Positions 24,625 through 39,309 of a DNA stretch of 64,000 nt are shown one piece after another. The notes beneath the pieces were generated by a model. That model was not told the DNA's origin. It ran no database searches and was given only the letters and a program-made list of their open reading frames with translations. Within the stretch, counting starts at the first letter, position 1, and each line of letters starts with the position of its first letter. Source of the stretch: Lama glama (taxonomy: Eukaryota); NCBI GenBank assembly GCA_028534125.1, contig CM052817.1:85686001-85750000 (forward strand), read 5' to 3'. The position numbers and the translations under genes are program-made.

Positions 24625-26440
24625 TAACCATTTAAAGCTTCTGGAAGTGTTCCTAAGGAAAAGGAGCAAAGAAAGAAATATCTATTTATTAAAATCTATT
24701 ACAATTTGTAAGAAACGCATCTAGGGTATTTGAATCCAAACCACTTCTCTCCACCCTCCCAAATCAGAGCATCAGAGACTCCACTCCAGAATGCTTCAGC
24801 CAAGAACACAGGGCTCCCTTTCCCACAGCTTAGCTGGGCTGGTCTAACAAGATAACTCACAAGTCTAGGAATGTGAAGGAGAGGCTGGGCTGGTCTATCA
24901 AGATAACTCACAAATCTAAGTATCGAAATACTGATCTGAGTTCTGCTGGACTAACTTGTAAATCTAAGTTAATTAGTGTTAGTTTGCTGTTCATGTTTTT
25001 TGCTAGCCAGCTGGGTTTTCAAAGATACATATCTGGCTTTGGAATGTTGGTTTGCTGCCTCCCCGCCTCCACCTTTGTGATGATAATGCAGCTAAAGCTG
25101 TTTCATGCCTATTGGCCGAATACCCAAGCTTGTACTTTACCCTATAAAACCTCATGCTCACATCTTGGAGGTGCTCAGAGCTTCAGAGCAGAAGCCCCTC
25201 TGAGCCCGCCGGTGTAACACGTCTGAGTACTCCAACCCTCCGAGTGGTGCTTGTTTCTTGACTGGCCTGTCGTTTCCATAACAAGAAGGCTTTTATTCTG
25301 GGAGGTGCAGGACTTCAGCACTTCTCATCCATCCCTAGGTACTTGTTGCTGAGGCTAAGTCACAGGTTAGTGTGGTTGAGTGGTAGAGTTTTCTTTATTA
25401 TGAATGGTGACATTCATGGAACAGAGGCTTAGCACATGCCACTACAAAGCCTCAATTGCCCTTGCCCCAGATCACGTGGTGACCTTTCCAAACTGGGAGA
25501 GGCAAGTCGAGAGGACCTTAGTACAGTAGTCCTACCCTCTACCCAAAACTCGGTTCGTAGTCGACAGTGTAGGTGCCACTCAGAAAGTAGCCTGACATTG
25601 TCCCCACCCCAAGCTTCAGAGCCCAGGCTCAGATTTTGCCTAGGGGAAGAGGCACACCCTAAAATATATAGTTCCTAATCTCTTTCCAAAGCAACTGTCT
25701 TTATTTCTCACAGAATACGGAGAAATTTAAGCATAAAGTCTTGAAAAACCGTGGAATGGCACAAGGCAACTGGGAGGAGATTCATGGACTTAATGAAGAT
25801 ACAGTCCAGACATTAAACTGGCTAGATTGCAGGGTAGAATCAGGAAATGACACTGCTGCAGGGAGAAATCCTGGAGTCAAAATAGGTATCAACCAGGGGC
25901 CTCAGAAACTAACCCTTCAAGAGAGCCAAAACTTAATTGAGTTGGTTTGTAGAGGAATTTATGCTCCAGGGCATTGCTGAAAACAGTTAAATAATCTGCC
26001 CACCATTAAGGGAGTTTAACAGCGGAATGTGGTCAGAGAAAGAGAGAAAGAAAGCCCTATCAATACCATTGGCATCCCAGGAGACTGGAGGCATTTCTGA
26101 AGCTGTTTCACCCAGCAGAACTACATCAAAGGGTCCACATTGTGAGGGAAGAGTAAACAAACTTCACTAAAACAATCTACTTAGTCACTGAAAAACAAAT
26201 AAGCAAAAAACAGTAACAAACCCTGGGGACAGGAATGGGGATCAGTATCTAGATTTGCTACAAAACATTAATTAAATGTCCAGTTTCCAACAAAAACTTG
26301 AAACTTGCACAGAAACCTTAAATTATGACTTTTACACCAGGAAAAAAAAAAAAGGTGCAGGCAACACAAATTGCTTCTGTAAGTGACCAGATGACCAGAT
26401 GTAATGTTGAAAAAGACTAAATTAGCTATTATAACCTTAA
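24625..26440 (+). mobile_element. L1MC-type 5' region, interrupted by an LTR at ~24831-25283
   Basis: cagccaagaacacagggctccctttccc..gctgaggctaag..caccctaaaatatatagttcctaatctctttcca..ccagtttccaacaaaaa. Confidence 0.65.
24831..25283 (+). mobile_element. Relatively young ERV1-like LTR lacking a clear 5' terminus
   Basis: 35-bp U3 direct repeats, ATTGG at 25111-25115, TATAAAA at 25143-25149, CpG-retaining R/U5 ending tttccataACA at 25283; flanks are collinear L1 5' sequence. Confidence 0.8.
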
Positions 26441-26449
26441 AGGGGGAAA

Positions 26450-27270
26450 AAAAAATCCAAGACCAAATTACTTTACCAGTGAATTTTACCGAACATTGAA
26501 AGAATCAATAACAATTCTTATCAAATTCTTCCCAAGAAAGCATAGGAGAGAACAAGAGAACACTTCCAAACTTCTGAAAGATTTTGTTTTGCTTTGTTTT
26601 TCCTAGTGTGTTGGTCATAACTTCTGTGGTTTGTTATTTTCTACTCTAACCTTTATTATTTCCCTCTTTATTAACTTTACTTCAGTTACCTCTTCTTTTT
26701 TTCAATTTCTTAAGATGTAGGTTTAATTCTTCCTTTGCAATTTGAATGCCATTTATTAATTAACTTATTTTCTTGCCCAGTTGCTCTGGCTTGAAATTCC
26801 AGTAGAGTACTGGACAGTGGTGGTGAAAGTGCCATGTTTGTCCTGTTACTTATTTTAGGGGGAAAGTTTTCATTCTTTCGTCACTGAGTACATTAGTTGT
26901 GGGGTTTTCCATAAGTGCTCTTTCCATACTGAGAAAGTTCCTTTTTATTCAGGATTTACAGGGTGACTTTATTATGAAAGTGTTGGATTTTGTCAATTTT
27001 TTTTCCCTTGTCAATCGAGATATACAAGTCTTTTATTTTTATTTTTATTCTATTAATGTGCTACATTGATTTTCCTGTATAGAACCAACCATACATTCCT
27101 GTGATATGTTCTTATTTGTCATGGTGAATAATCCTTTTAACATTCTGTAGGATTTACTTGCTAATATTTTGCTAAAGGTTTTTGTCTCTACCTTCAGCTG
27201 GAATATTACGCTTTCATTTCTGATCCTGTGGTATCTTTGTCTGCCTTTAGTGTCAGGGTAACGCAGACTT
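26450..27270. mobile_element. L1 ORF2 fragments in mixed orientation (sense ~26450-26580, antisense ~26600-27270)
   Basis: ccagtgaattttaccgaacattgaaagaa on the plus strand; agtggtggtgaaagtgccatg..gatttacttgctaatattttgct on the minus strand. Confidence 0.75.
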
Positions 27271-27524
27271 TTCTTCATGACTGTCATACTTCATTCTCTT
27301 TCTAATACAGAACTTAAATGTTAGTAGGAAGGGATATGGGTATTCATTTGTGTTTTTATTTCTGTATTTTCCCTAAACCCTGCTATTCAATTTCTCCTTC
27401 TCTTCTTCAGTTCAGTTATACCAACTGAGAATTTATTCATCTCAGTTACTCCAAGTTCTGAAGTTTCTTTCACTTCCTTTCCACATCTGTATCTTCCTTA
27501 TAAAAGTTCTCTGTAGTCCGGACA

Positions 27525-27785
27525 AGTGCTGTTAAATAAAAATACAATGAGATCAATAATGTAATTTTAAGTTTGATAGACACATTGACAACAGGTAAAG
27601 TTTATTTTAATAGTATATTTTATATAAGCCAATCCCCCAAATTAACATTTTGACATATAAAACATTAATGAGGCATTTTATATACTTTTTATATTAGATA
27701 CTTCAAATTTCACATTTTATACTTATAAGACATACTAATTTGTGCTAGCCATATTTCAAGTTTATAAAAGTCATGTGTAGTTGCT
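27525..27785 (+). mobile_element. MER33 (hAT-Charlie)
   Basis: gtgctgttaaataaaaatacaatg..acaggtaaagtttattttaatagtatattttat..ctagccatatttcaag. Confidence 0.7.
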
Positions 27786-29404
27786 CAAAACTCAGAAGCA
27801 ATTCAGGTAGTCGATATAATAATGGAGTGAGAAAGACATTGTTACTGTCTTTTGAGAAGACACTACTTCTTTGTGAATGGAAATATTTATGTTAATTTTT
27901 AAATTCTGAAATTGTGTTTTACCTTGATGTTCTTATGAATTCCCCTTCTGTAGCAAACACTTAGCTACTCCCAAGAAGATTGATACTTTGAGTAGATAAA
28001 GGATAATGTCATGCATTTGAAAATACAAAAAGAGAACATTATATTAATAGTTTTTACAGTATCAGTGCTAGTAAATCACAGCCACGTCCACTATACAGGT
28101 TTAACTCACTAAGAATGACATTTTTATGCATCTAGGAATTGGGTGCTAGAAGATAAGTAAGTAAAATAAGCAGTAAGAAATAATTGTAGATGAGACATTG
28201 CTAGATCTCTGCCTCCTTTGGTATTTTCTAATACTGGTAACAATTCAATGTTTAACAATGTTCTTAAACTTGGAAAAATTGTGTGGGGGGGTAAAAATTC
28301 AAGGCACAGACATGGACATTCATAATTGCTGAATTGTGTATATACAGTTGGGCTACCTCCTTCCCTATTAATCAATTAATTTATGTGGTTTATGAGAGTT
28401 ACTGAAGACAAGAGCAATATCATTTTCAAAGTCAAAGTCACTTAATTATTCTTAATATGTTTAATTAAGTCAAAATTTCTTACCATCTGCTAAGATATTC
28501 ATTATACAACCAAATCAAAGGACCCAAGATAGATCTATGGTGTTTCTCAAATTAATTTCAAATAAAAACGATCATCACATTATTACTAACCCACCACCCA
28601 AAGTCAGCGCTATATATTAACTAGCTTAGGCTTGATCACTAAACATTAAAGCACTTTTTTTTGTTTTCAAACATGAGAGAAAAGAAACCAAAACACAAGG
28701 TTATTGGAAATTAATTGAAATCAGCAAGATTGGGAGCAGCTAATTATAGCAGGGAGGTAGTGTATCCAGACACAGAATTTTCAAAACAACAGGAGTTGAA
28801 ATTACAAGAGGAGGAGGGGCAACGATAAATAGAAGCTGATGTGTGTACTTCTCATTTATTTTAGCTTCCATATTTTATTTCATGTGAGAAAGATAAAAGC
28901 AGACATCCAGGAGCTGGCCTAGCACTCAGAGCTTTTAAATGTTAGTAACTTCATAGAACATTAACATCAATTAAGAACTCACTATAACTGTGGCGAAATA
29001 AGGCAAAGTCTGTCAAACGCAGGAACAGGCAATAAACAATTTTTTATTACAAATTACAAAAACACCACCTATACCCCTATCCCAGCTAACATGAGTGGCT
29101 GCTGCTGCTTTGCCTGTATTTTCAGTCTCATGGTAATCATCTCTCCTTCTTTAAGATGTTAAATCATGGAATTAATTCTGCTTTCTAACAGCTTTCGATA
29201 GAGGACAAAGCTTAGTTTCATTGAACCCTCCCCCAAATCATTTAAAAGATCCAAATCAAATAGGATTTCCTTTTCATGCCTTCTTACTAGACACCCCCCA
29301 GTTCCCTACAGTGAGATTTGCCTAGCTGCAATGAGAGGTAGACCCGTCTTGTTCAGCTACAGGCAAGGTACTAGTGGTCTTTGACGGAAGTGACTTGCCA
29401 ATTG

Positions 29405-30190
29405 TAAAATGACAGTATCACATTTTGTTTACTTATTCTCCTCTTGATGGTTATTCAGATTAGTGCTATTTTTGATAGTAAATATCAAAGTTACAGTAAA
29501 CATCATTGAACCTATTACCTTGGACATTTGTGAGTTAATATAAAAACTATGCTTAGAAATAAATATTGGTGGGTTGTATGTTGGAAATCCTTAACACTAC
29601 GTAGTATTGACTGATTTATGTTTGTAGTGTCATTTACAATGTAAATTTACACTGTCATTGTTAGGGAATTCCTGAGTCTACATATTCTCATCAATACCAA
29701 GTATATCTGATGTTTATTTTTCTCACTTTGATTTATTAGAAATGCATTTTATTGTTTCTCTGATCACTTCTTACTTTAGAATTTTTGTATGTTATTGAGT
29801 ATTTAGGTTTCATTTTCTGTGAGATGCCTATTCATATACTTGACTGTTTTTTTTTCCTAATGGCTATTTATTTTTTATTATTGTAGAAATTATATATATA
29901 TTCATAACACTATGTTTTGTTTACCATCGTGTTATATTTTTTCACATCAGTGCCTTATATGTTAAAATTGTTCATAGTGTATGCTATTTTTAAAATTTTT
30001 CTTTATAATTATTATTATTTTTTAAATAAAAGTCATTTGCTTTCCATGGGTTTTATTAAAACTTCTAGACTTCTGTTTTCTGTTTAGGCATGTAAGGAGC
30101 ATGTAGCTTTTCTTATGACCTCAGTTCTCTAACAGATTATCTAAGCAGAGTTGCTGATTTTTTGTTTATTCAGTTTATTATTTGTAGTTA
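29405..30190 (-). mobile_element. Highly diverged L1ME-like fragment
   Basis: cacattttgtttacttattctcctcttgatgg..ttttctgtgagatgcctattcata. Confidence 0.6.
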
Positions 30191-33100
30191 GGCCAGAATG
30201 ACAAATTGAATGTCTCTCATGGTGTGTGGGGGTGGGAGGCAGGGATGTACATGCATGTGTGTTTGTGCTAAACATTTTTTCCAATAATGGAATTGGGATT
30301 TGAGATAAGTTACAATTGCTGTAATGTCAGTGAACGAGGAAGGTGCATTTAATGATGCATCATGTGGACTAATATTAATACTCTTTTTCTTGAAGTTGCT
30401 GATCACCCAACTTCTTCCTAGAATGTCTTCTCCTTCCTTTATCAACCACTGCTCAGACACATCTAGCTGTCCCTTTTCACATTTTCATAACACTAAGCAT
30501 ACCTTTCTTATGGTGTTTATTCCAGTTTGATCATGACAAGAACTATGTTTCAGTGGAAAGTTGTGTATGTTTTCTATTGTCCTTTCCTGAGCAAAGTCCA
30601 GAAGACTCTGGCCCTGGGCTTGGGACTAGAAGAGGGGCAGGGCTGTCTTGAATATGTTGGTGGGTGGCAAAGGGAACCAAACACAGGAAACCTTTGGGTA
30701 AAAGTGGCCTAGAGAAACGAACTGATACCAATCACCATAAACACAAAATGTGGAGCTGGTGGGAAGGCAGGAGTGCAGCAGCACATACAGAAAGGCAAGA
30801 AGCAAATCTGAACTAAAGGATATGTCAGAAGATTAGGAGGTTAGAGAGAGTAAAGTGGAAGTTACCATGTTCCCAAAGGTAAGGATACACAGAAAGGCCC
30901 CCTTTAATAGATTTCCTGGTGCTTGTGGCTGTTCATAAAACTTCTTAAAGCTAAGATGGCAATCTATGCCTTTGGGAGTGGTGTTCTGAAGGCAAAGTGT
31001 ATATGCATGAAACTCTTCTCAGCTCCATGTTCAGTGACATACATTGATAGATTTAATCTGGCCGCATCAGAAGCTTTACACCAAGGAACTGGCCAAGTAG
31101 ACTACTCCAAATATAATTTTTTGTGGCCCATACAGTGTTTGTTTGTTTATTTTAATAATTTGAGGCATTAAAATGAGGATAGATAAAGTTAAAAAAATAG
31201 TAAGTTTCTGACATCTCTTAAAAGATGATAAGATGTGACTATAATTGGCCAACATCGTGCAGTGGAAATGATGGGATACAGCCAAGCATTAGTTGGGTCC
31301 TTTAGAATACAAATGTGATTCCAGCTTGTCACAGACCTTATCTCTTTCACCTGATCTCTTTCATTTATTTTCATTAACAACCTGGCCCCTCCAAGTGGAT
31401 TCATTAGGACCCTTGTCTTAAAGTCTCTTAAGAATTAAAAATCTCTCCATTGAGGTAGTTGTTCCTAGCCTGGTACACTATCTCTGCTATTTTATTCTAA
31501 CAGTAGATTCAGTGGTGGTTCACTAAATAATGACAACCATAATATTAATAGTAAGTTGATGGCAATAATAAATATAATGGAATAAGTTTTCACACTTTAT
31601 AATTGATGAATTTGATGATTTATTCTCATCCAATGTAGTGTTATCACTCCTTGCAGAAAATATTTTAACCATTCCTCATTGCTGTTAGGATACAAGTTTT
31701 ATTGTAGATACTGAAGAAAATTAAATTAGTTTTTAATACAGTGTGATCAAACTATATGATGGTTAAAATGCCTACATAATTTGATTGACTCAAAATATAG
31801 TTAAGATTAAATATGTCTTTAGGTTATTTCATGTCATAAATGAACATATAAATGAATGTATGTTATTTTTATAATGTAACATACTATAGTTTAGATTAGA
31901 AGAGTCATTTTATTAACGATTGATATATTTAATTTATTTAATTAAGGTTTATATTTTCTGGGCTTTTTGTTTTGTTCCATCTCTCTACTGAGAGCGCTAT
32001 CTGACAATGCAAAGTAAAATAAAATAAATATTTTCAGTACAAAGTTTAAAGTTTAGGGAATAAACTTATAATAACAGGTAAATTTTTGATATTCTTTATC
32101 TGAAATATTAGTGAAACTGTGACTATTTAATAAAAACTTACTCATTTCTCAGAGAAAAGTCCAAGGGGATTACTATAGACTTTACAGCTTAATCAGCTGT
32201 TGTATGTTTTAGAACTGAAAATGGACGCAGTGATACTAGTCTGATACAGGCCACAACTGAAATATGGGGACAAACTTAGTTACTTGATTAAAGATGCTTA
32301 GAGTGATTATGTTTAAGAGCAAACAAAAACAAGATAAAAGAGAAAAAAATGGCTCATGTGGGAGAAACATGCTAAATGTTGGTTTTTCTTCTTTGTTCTT
32401 AGGAATGAACTTGGAGGGCAAAGGCGTGCTTGCCAGAGCTAACTAAAATGATCTCTATTTTTTTAAAAAGTGTGTGTTAAGGCATGAGGTAGGCATTGCT
32501 ACCAGATGGCACAAAATGGAATGAATTTTCTTAGGTGGTAACTGATCCTCAGAACTAGTGATGCTTAGGCACAGGCTGGCCAGACTATGACATTATAGCT
32601 ATCAATTTAAATGGTATTTTACTTTTTTTTCTTTTAAGCCAGTGAGCAGAAAAGTATAATTATTTTATATGGGTATGGATTAAAAATATTAATGGGCTAA
32701 AGAATTAAAGTGGACATGAAAATCAAGCCTAAAGAATCAAGCAAACAATACATAAATATATTTCCACAGCTATTGTAGGCAAAGTGCTAATATTTTTCAG
32801 CATAATTTATAACCTGTACCTCTTTGTCATAAAGGAGTAACATAGTGTTCCTTAAGTAAAAAGTTATTTTAATCACAATTAACCAGAATATGATATATTA
32901 TAATAATATATTAATAAATATTGTATATCATATGGAATATATTCTATGTAAATAGTAAAACTTGAGATACTTGTACAATAATAATAATACATTATCTATT
33001 ATTTTGACAATGTGTCATTGTCAAATGTATTCAGTGTAAACTGAATATTTGTGAAAAATCTCTGTCATTCTATGACACTTTGGTGGAAGCTGACTTCTAA

Positions 33101-34239
33101 TATTCAACTTAAATTAATTGTAGATTATATGTCAGATATTCCCAGTCAGTTTAAATGGACATCTTTCTCTAAAAAAATTTTCTCTAATACCTGGGGATTA
33201 AATGATGTACAGTGTTAATAACATGGTCCCGAGAAAGACAGAAATGCACTACTTTATTAATACTTGCCCAAACTTTCAATTCTTTATTATCTTTTTTTAC
33301 TCAAATCTGAAATCTTCAAATAGAAATGTGTTATTTCTAAATAATAAAAATATTAATCTTCCAACTAAGAATTTCCCCTTAATTAATTCAAGAAAGAAAA
33401 CAAATAGAGGTTAAAAGTTTGCAAACTTCATGAATTGTGTTAAAAGTGTTTCTCACCCCAACAATGGATCTGAGTTGCCTGAACTTAGCAATTAAAAACA
33501 GACACCCTTGTGAAAAACAGTGTTTTATAATAGACGGGGTTATATTGGATTTCATGCTCCCCTGCCAACTTTACCTAAGATGTTACATGTGTAGAAATTG
33601 AAAATATCTGAGGGTAACAAATCTGCCCCTTCATCTCCACATCCCTTGTTGAAATGAGACTACTATTAGGAAGGGGAGAGGGAGACTACAGCACTAGGAA
33701 TATATCACGGAGCCCGACAATTTGTTTTTAACAATATTGCCATAGGTCACAATGTAAAAAGGGGAATAAATACAAAAGAGAATAAGATGTAAGGGATAAC
33801 AGAATTAATTTGCTTTGAAATGTCCCAGAGCAGAATAGGAGATAGCATATTAAAATAGTTACATAAATGGTGAACCATAGGTTACAATTCCATTTCCTCT
33901 ATGACAGTACATATGTTACATGCTATTCTTCAAGATAGAACATACACTACAATGTAAGCAGCATCTCACTGACGTATCATCACTAATTCCTCTTCCCTTG
34001 AAGCATCTTTTTTGTTGATGGTGGAGAATGGACAACTGAAACAAAACCCACTGCATTCCACCTATGAAAACTTCACTTCAAATATCATTGTAAATATAGA
34101 GTCTTATAGGTTTAAAGGAAGCTGAAAACTGGAAGTCATGCTAACACTAATCAAAGGAAAGCTGGAACAAGACTTGTTTCTGGAAGTATATCTGGTCCCT
34201 GTTACGCCATTTTGGCCTGAAACAAATGACAATATGCTC

Positions 34240-34830
34240 TGTTAATGTGGCTGTTGGGAAACAGGCATTCTCTTATAATGCTTGTGGAAGTGCAAACTAT
34301 TGTATCTGTAAGGAGGATACATTAGTTTCATTAATTTTACAATTTCAATATTAAAATTACAAATGGATTCACTTTTGACTCAACTGAGAAATATCTTTTG
34401 TATATACTTTTCTAAGGTCATTAATTGCAGCATTGTAAAAGCAAAAACAATAATTACATAAAATAATCTAAAATGCCTTTCCACAAGAGAGTGTTGAAAT
34501 AATTTACAGTATAACAAATAATGTTATAACGTGCTGCTTTAATCAATGAGGGAGCTCTCTGTGCACTTATATGAAAATAGACTAAAATATATTAAGTGAG
34601 AAAGCAAGAAACAGAGGAGTGTTTATATAGTACACTACTTTGGGTATAAAAAAAGGAAGGAAAGTATATATGCATAAAATGCAAGAATTTTTAAAGATAC
34701 TTTGGAATGACAGGTAGGAAACAAATATAGTTATCTGTGGAAATTCCAGAATTGTTGGAGCACAGGAAGAAAAGTGAGAATTTTTACTGGATGATTCAAT
34801 CATGTAAATGTGTTATATAAAAAAATATTC
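34240..34830 (+). mobile_element. Diverged L1ME/MC-like 3' region
   Basis: gtggctgttgggaaacaggcattctc..gaagtgcaaac..atattaagtgagaaagcaag. Confidence 0.6.
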
Positions 34831-37145
34831 CATGTAAAATTAAGCAATGGCCATCAAAACATTAAAGCAATCATTCCATTCTGATGCAGAGAGACCCCGT
34901 CATATCAGTGGAGGACAGACTGTTCTCTCTGGTTTCTCAAAACCTCTTGTTTTGCCTTTTCATTCATTCTCTTGCTATTTTCATTTTTGGAAAAGTTAAT
35001 TGTCTCATGTAACATAAGGAAAAATAAAAAGTTTTAGTCATTTTGACCCGTATAATGAAGAAGACCTGAACATTACTGCTGTATCATAAAATGTCCAGAA
35101 AATAATACAGGAAAAATGTGATTGGAGACTTTTGAAACAATTGAAACTTCCAAACTGCACAGGCTTACCTTTATGAACAGCTGGAATTCCACGATTCTCA
35201 CACCTAGAGGTTTTCGTTTCCCCCAACATGGCTTTTTTGTTAGGAAAAATGAAATAGTTAATGTTCAAATACAGCTTTCATCAAATATGTAATGAACTGT
35301 GACTGCCTTCTGGGCATGAGTGAAATGAATTTAGTTTTAAACTTTATGGCTTTGAAATGGTTATTTTAATCATATGTAAAGTTGTTTTAAATAGAATGAT
35401 TTTACCATTAACTATATTAACATGGAGTTATGCATAATATGATTTCTCTAGTTTTAGTTGAAACACTTATGGATGCATTGTTATATAAATTCAGGAATTA
35501 TAATGACTCGTGGACAATCTTGTAGCTAACAAGAAAATATAATTGTACCCTGTCTCACTTAAAAAAAGTTAATATAAAAAATGAGTGGACAATTTTCATT
35601 TCTAAAATCTACTAGTTCCCTGGACTTCAATTAAGAAAAGTAACCATGACTGGTAAATAGTCATTTTAGACTTTACTTAATTTCAATAATACAACTTCAA
35701 TACATAGAAGCAGGTATATTTAATCTCACTTAACATACATCAAAACTGATTAAACAAAAGGGAAATAATTCAGTTATAAGTCTGTCTCATGCAAAGTGTT
35801 TGAACTGAGATAAAAGTTCTGTAAAATCCTTCCCTTCACTGTTCCAGCCCTTCCTCATGACACTCACGTTGCACATCGCTGCCATTGTGAGTGCTCAGTG
35901 ATGCTGTTGATTCCATACTTGTTCTGGAGGTGGAATCATCACCACCGTCCAGTTTACCGTTTTCTGAGATTAGACAATCTCTATTTTCTTGTGCATATGT
36001 TTATGCTTTAGATCTAGAATCACATATAAGAAAGATATTTGCCTTGGAAAATGTTTTATCATGAATAAGTTATCCATTCCCAGCTGTATTAGTCTATTGG
36101 ACAAACACTGTCCTATTACTAAGTACTTAGTTATGAGCATGAGTGTCTTTGTCAGAAGCATTAGCAAAGATGGATGAGTGAGAGACAAAATTGTATGTAA
36201 TTTTAATCATATCATTTAAACTTAGATTTTTAGAATCACTAAAAGTGTTGAAAAGCAAAAATTACAGTTCCTTCTGATTATGTCCACTGATTTGTGTGTT
36301 CAAGGACAATAGAATTCTCTCTTTCTAACTTTTATTGCTATCATCAAGTTGGAGCAAAAAGATAAACTTTAATGACTACTTCAGTCTGAGAGGGATGTTT
36401 AATTTTTTTTTTTTAAGGTAACAAAACAAAATCCTGGGGCATCAGTGATTCTCTTATACATGTAGGCTATGCAGTGCCAACACAGACCAGGCATTATTAT
36501 TTTTCATCCCAAGAGAAACAGATTTATAACATCCTACCCACAGCTACAATAGAGCAGAGTTTTAATTAGGCTGAATATCATCGCAACTTGTTCAGGAAGC
36601 ATAATTCACATTGAGACATTTACAGATGTAAGATAGACTAAACAGAATAAGAAGTTATTCATTATTAGTAAGTAGCTAACGGTAAAAAGAAAAAAAGTTT
36701 TTCAAAGTAAATGGGAACATAGAAATCCTCTTGAGCATATCATTGATAAAGACACAGTAGTTAAAAACAAGTTTAAAATATGTTCACGCAGACACTTAAG
36801 AATTTTCTGATAATATTATCAGGATGATGTAACTAACCATTCCAAGGCAGAAGGGCACATGAAAGAACAGCATGGTACATGCAGAAAATCATCAGAAGAG
36901 CAAAATTCTCTTGAAATAAAGGGAAAAATAGATAAATAAGGAAGAGCTAGCCCCAGGGTAAGAGCAGAGACAATTAACCTACCATTACTAAGAAAGGGTT
37001 TTCATCGCACCCTAAGTTATATTTTGGAGTGCATAATTATGCTAGTTGGAAATACATAGTTCTCATTCTAAATTGTTAATATAATAATTGTCAGATTATG
37101 TCTTTTGTGGTTTTCACAAAATACTGACTTAGAAAATTGTTTCAG

Positions 37146-37246
37146 GTTTGGGTTGTTTTTCTGGGTCAACTGCTGTCAGCATTTGTAGACATAAAGGGTC
37201 TTCATTTGATACAAAGCACACTATGCAGAGTATTGCTTCTGTCCAG
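37146..37246 (+). other. Weak exon candidate (101 nt)
   Basis: tgtttcag acceptor, CAG|gtgtat donor, two of three frames open; the polypyrimidine tract is short. Confidence 0.2.
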
Positions 37247-39044
37247 GTGTATTATTCCTTGTGCACTGTCTCTTACATCTTATTAGACTTACACAGATCT
37301 ATTTACATTTTAAATTATCCATTTCAGTCTTACAAAATCATATTTCAGGTTATATTTTTCATCCTGTATAATTTTAAAGGTGACAAAGTGTTCTGTCTTT
37401 GTTCCTATCCTTTTCTCTCCTACACATAATTATTTTCTTGGAAAATACCGGTAAATGCATTTTGCACTGCTATTCAGTATTTGGCAGTTGAAGGGATCTT
37501 CTGCCCGGTATCATATAAAGCTGATGAATAACCCTATAACCTTTGTCTCTGTTTATCAAGGAGTATTAGGACAAAATCGGTGACTAGTTATTTTTAACAT
37601 TTTACTTCACCAGTGGGTACAGCAAGATAAAAGTTCTTAACTTCTATTAGTTGATATATTTGCATGATAAATATTGAAAATATGTCATTAAATGATCTAG
37701 ATTTCAGAGGTATAGTGTGACTTCTTCTTTCATAGAGATGTAGTGATAAATCTGCACATGCTTTTGAAAAATAATAATTGAAATTACATAATAATGAGAA
37801 TTTTGGTTCTGACTATATACTCCATAGATTTGAGCAGCAATAGTCATCTATTTATACATAGGGTACTTATGAGAGAGAACATAATATCAATAAAAAAGAG
37901 AGGGTAGCAGAAATAATGTATATTTCTCTTCCTCTCCCCACCTATGGTAGAAAATGCTCAAATAAATAATTCATTGTTCTCTAAGAAGATTAATCTTAGA
38001 GAAACAACTTTAGGAAAGACAACTTTCTCAGTTTGGTTTCTGGTATGCTGTGTAGGTACTTCAGTCTCTTTTTTCTCAGAAGTATGGTATTTACCAATTT
38101 CTTAAAACCGTAACTTTCATGGGGAGTTCATTAACGGTGATCAAATATTAGAAAAATATATACAGTCATTTTGCTGAGAATGTGTTATGGTCATTCTAGT
38201 TTCCACTATCTTCAAATATTCTTTATCCACAAGTTTCATTTTAAAGTGTAATTATGGCCAGAACAGTGACGATGTAAGAACATGACATCTACAGTCTACA
38301 TTTATTCTCCAGTACTGACATCCCTACTTACTTTTTCTCAGTTTGCAAGTCAAAACAATATTTTCTTTCTGTGAAGATAGCAGTTTTAACTGTTGTATAA
38401 ATATCACACTGTCTATATTTCTCACATTTTGTCTCTGTAGTGTTTGAATGGATGACACTTCTTTTTATATAGTAGTGAGAAAAAGGCTGAAAATCATGAG
38501 AAAGGTTTGAATAAGAGAATATTAATTAATGGTGTTGTCCATGCTTTCTATTAATAAAATAATAAAGTATTTAAACAGAAAAGTAAAATACAGTAAGAAT
38601 GATTTTATTAAATAACATTCATTTAAGCACCTATAATTGGTATGTACATGTTATGCATAATGTATACTTATAAAATATAGTGATGAGTTATATAAAAGTC
38701 CATGGTCATTGTTATTTTATTTTTTATCATTTCATAAGCAATAAAGTGAGTAGTTTGATATTAATTTATTGCTACTGCGAAGGCAAACTTGCTCTTCCTT
38801 GGATAGATCTATTTTTGTGTTAAACTGTCTTTTTTTTTCTCCCCATCTAAAGATAATGTTGTCCTCTATGCAGCAAGGAAAAAATTATTTTAAGATAATT
38901 AATTAAATTAGTTATGCCAATGGCTATCTTTTCCCCAAAATACTGTTTTCTATAAAAAAATGAAATATAATTTGTTGACCCATAGAAGCCCAAACAAAAG
39001 TACTATGAATGTATAAAGTCATTGCTGCTCACTATTAAGCTTTA

Positions 39045-39270
39045 CAAGGAAGGTTGGAGGATATGGACTATGGAGGCAGACTACGTACTTTCAAATGTGG
39101 CCATGCCATGTACTTACTGTGTGACCTTAGCAGATGACCTTACTTTAATCAGCTTCTTTCCTCAACTCTAAAATAAAGAGATTATCATAATATAACTCCA
39201 TAGGATTGTTGTGAAAACTTAGTGAGAAGTACTTAGTGCTGTACCTAGTACATGGTGTTATACAAGTGTT
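39045..39270 (+). mobile_element. MIR
   Basis: ggactatggaggcagact..tactgtgtgaccttagcagatgac..ataggattgttgtgaaaacttagtgag..gtacctagtacatgg. Confidence 0.8.
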
Positions 39271-39309
39271 GACAACTTTCAAGTATATATGTGTCAAGTA
39301 TATATGTGT

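Noticed and set aside
32403..32488. Strong acceptor with a downstream gtaggc donor
   Set aside because: Stops in all three frames; cannot be supported as coding.
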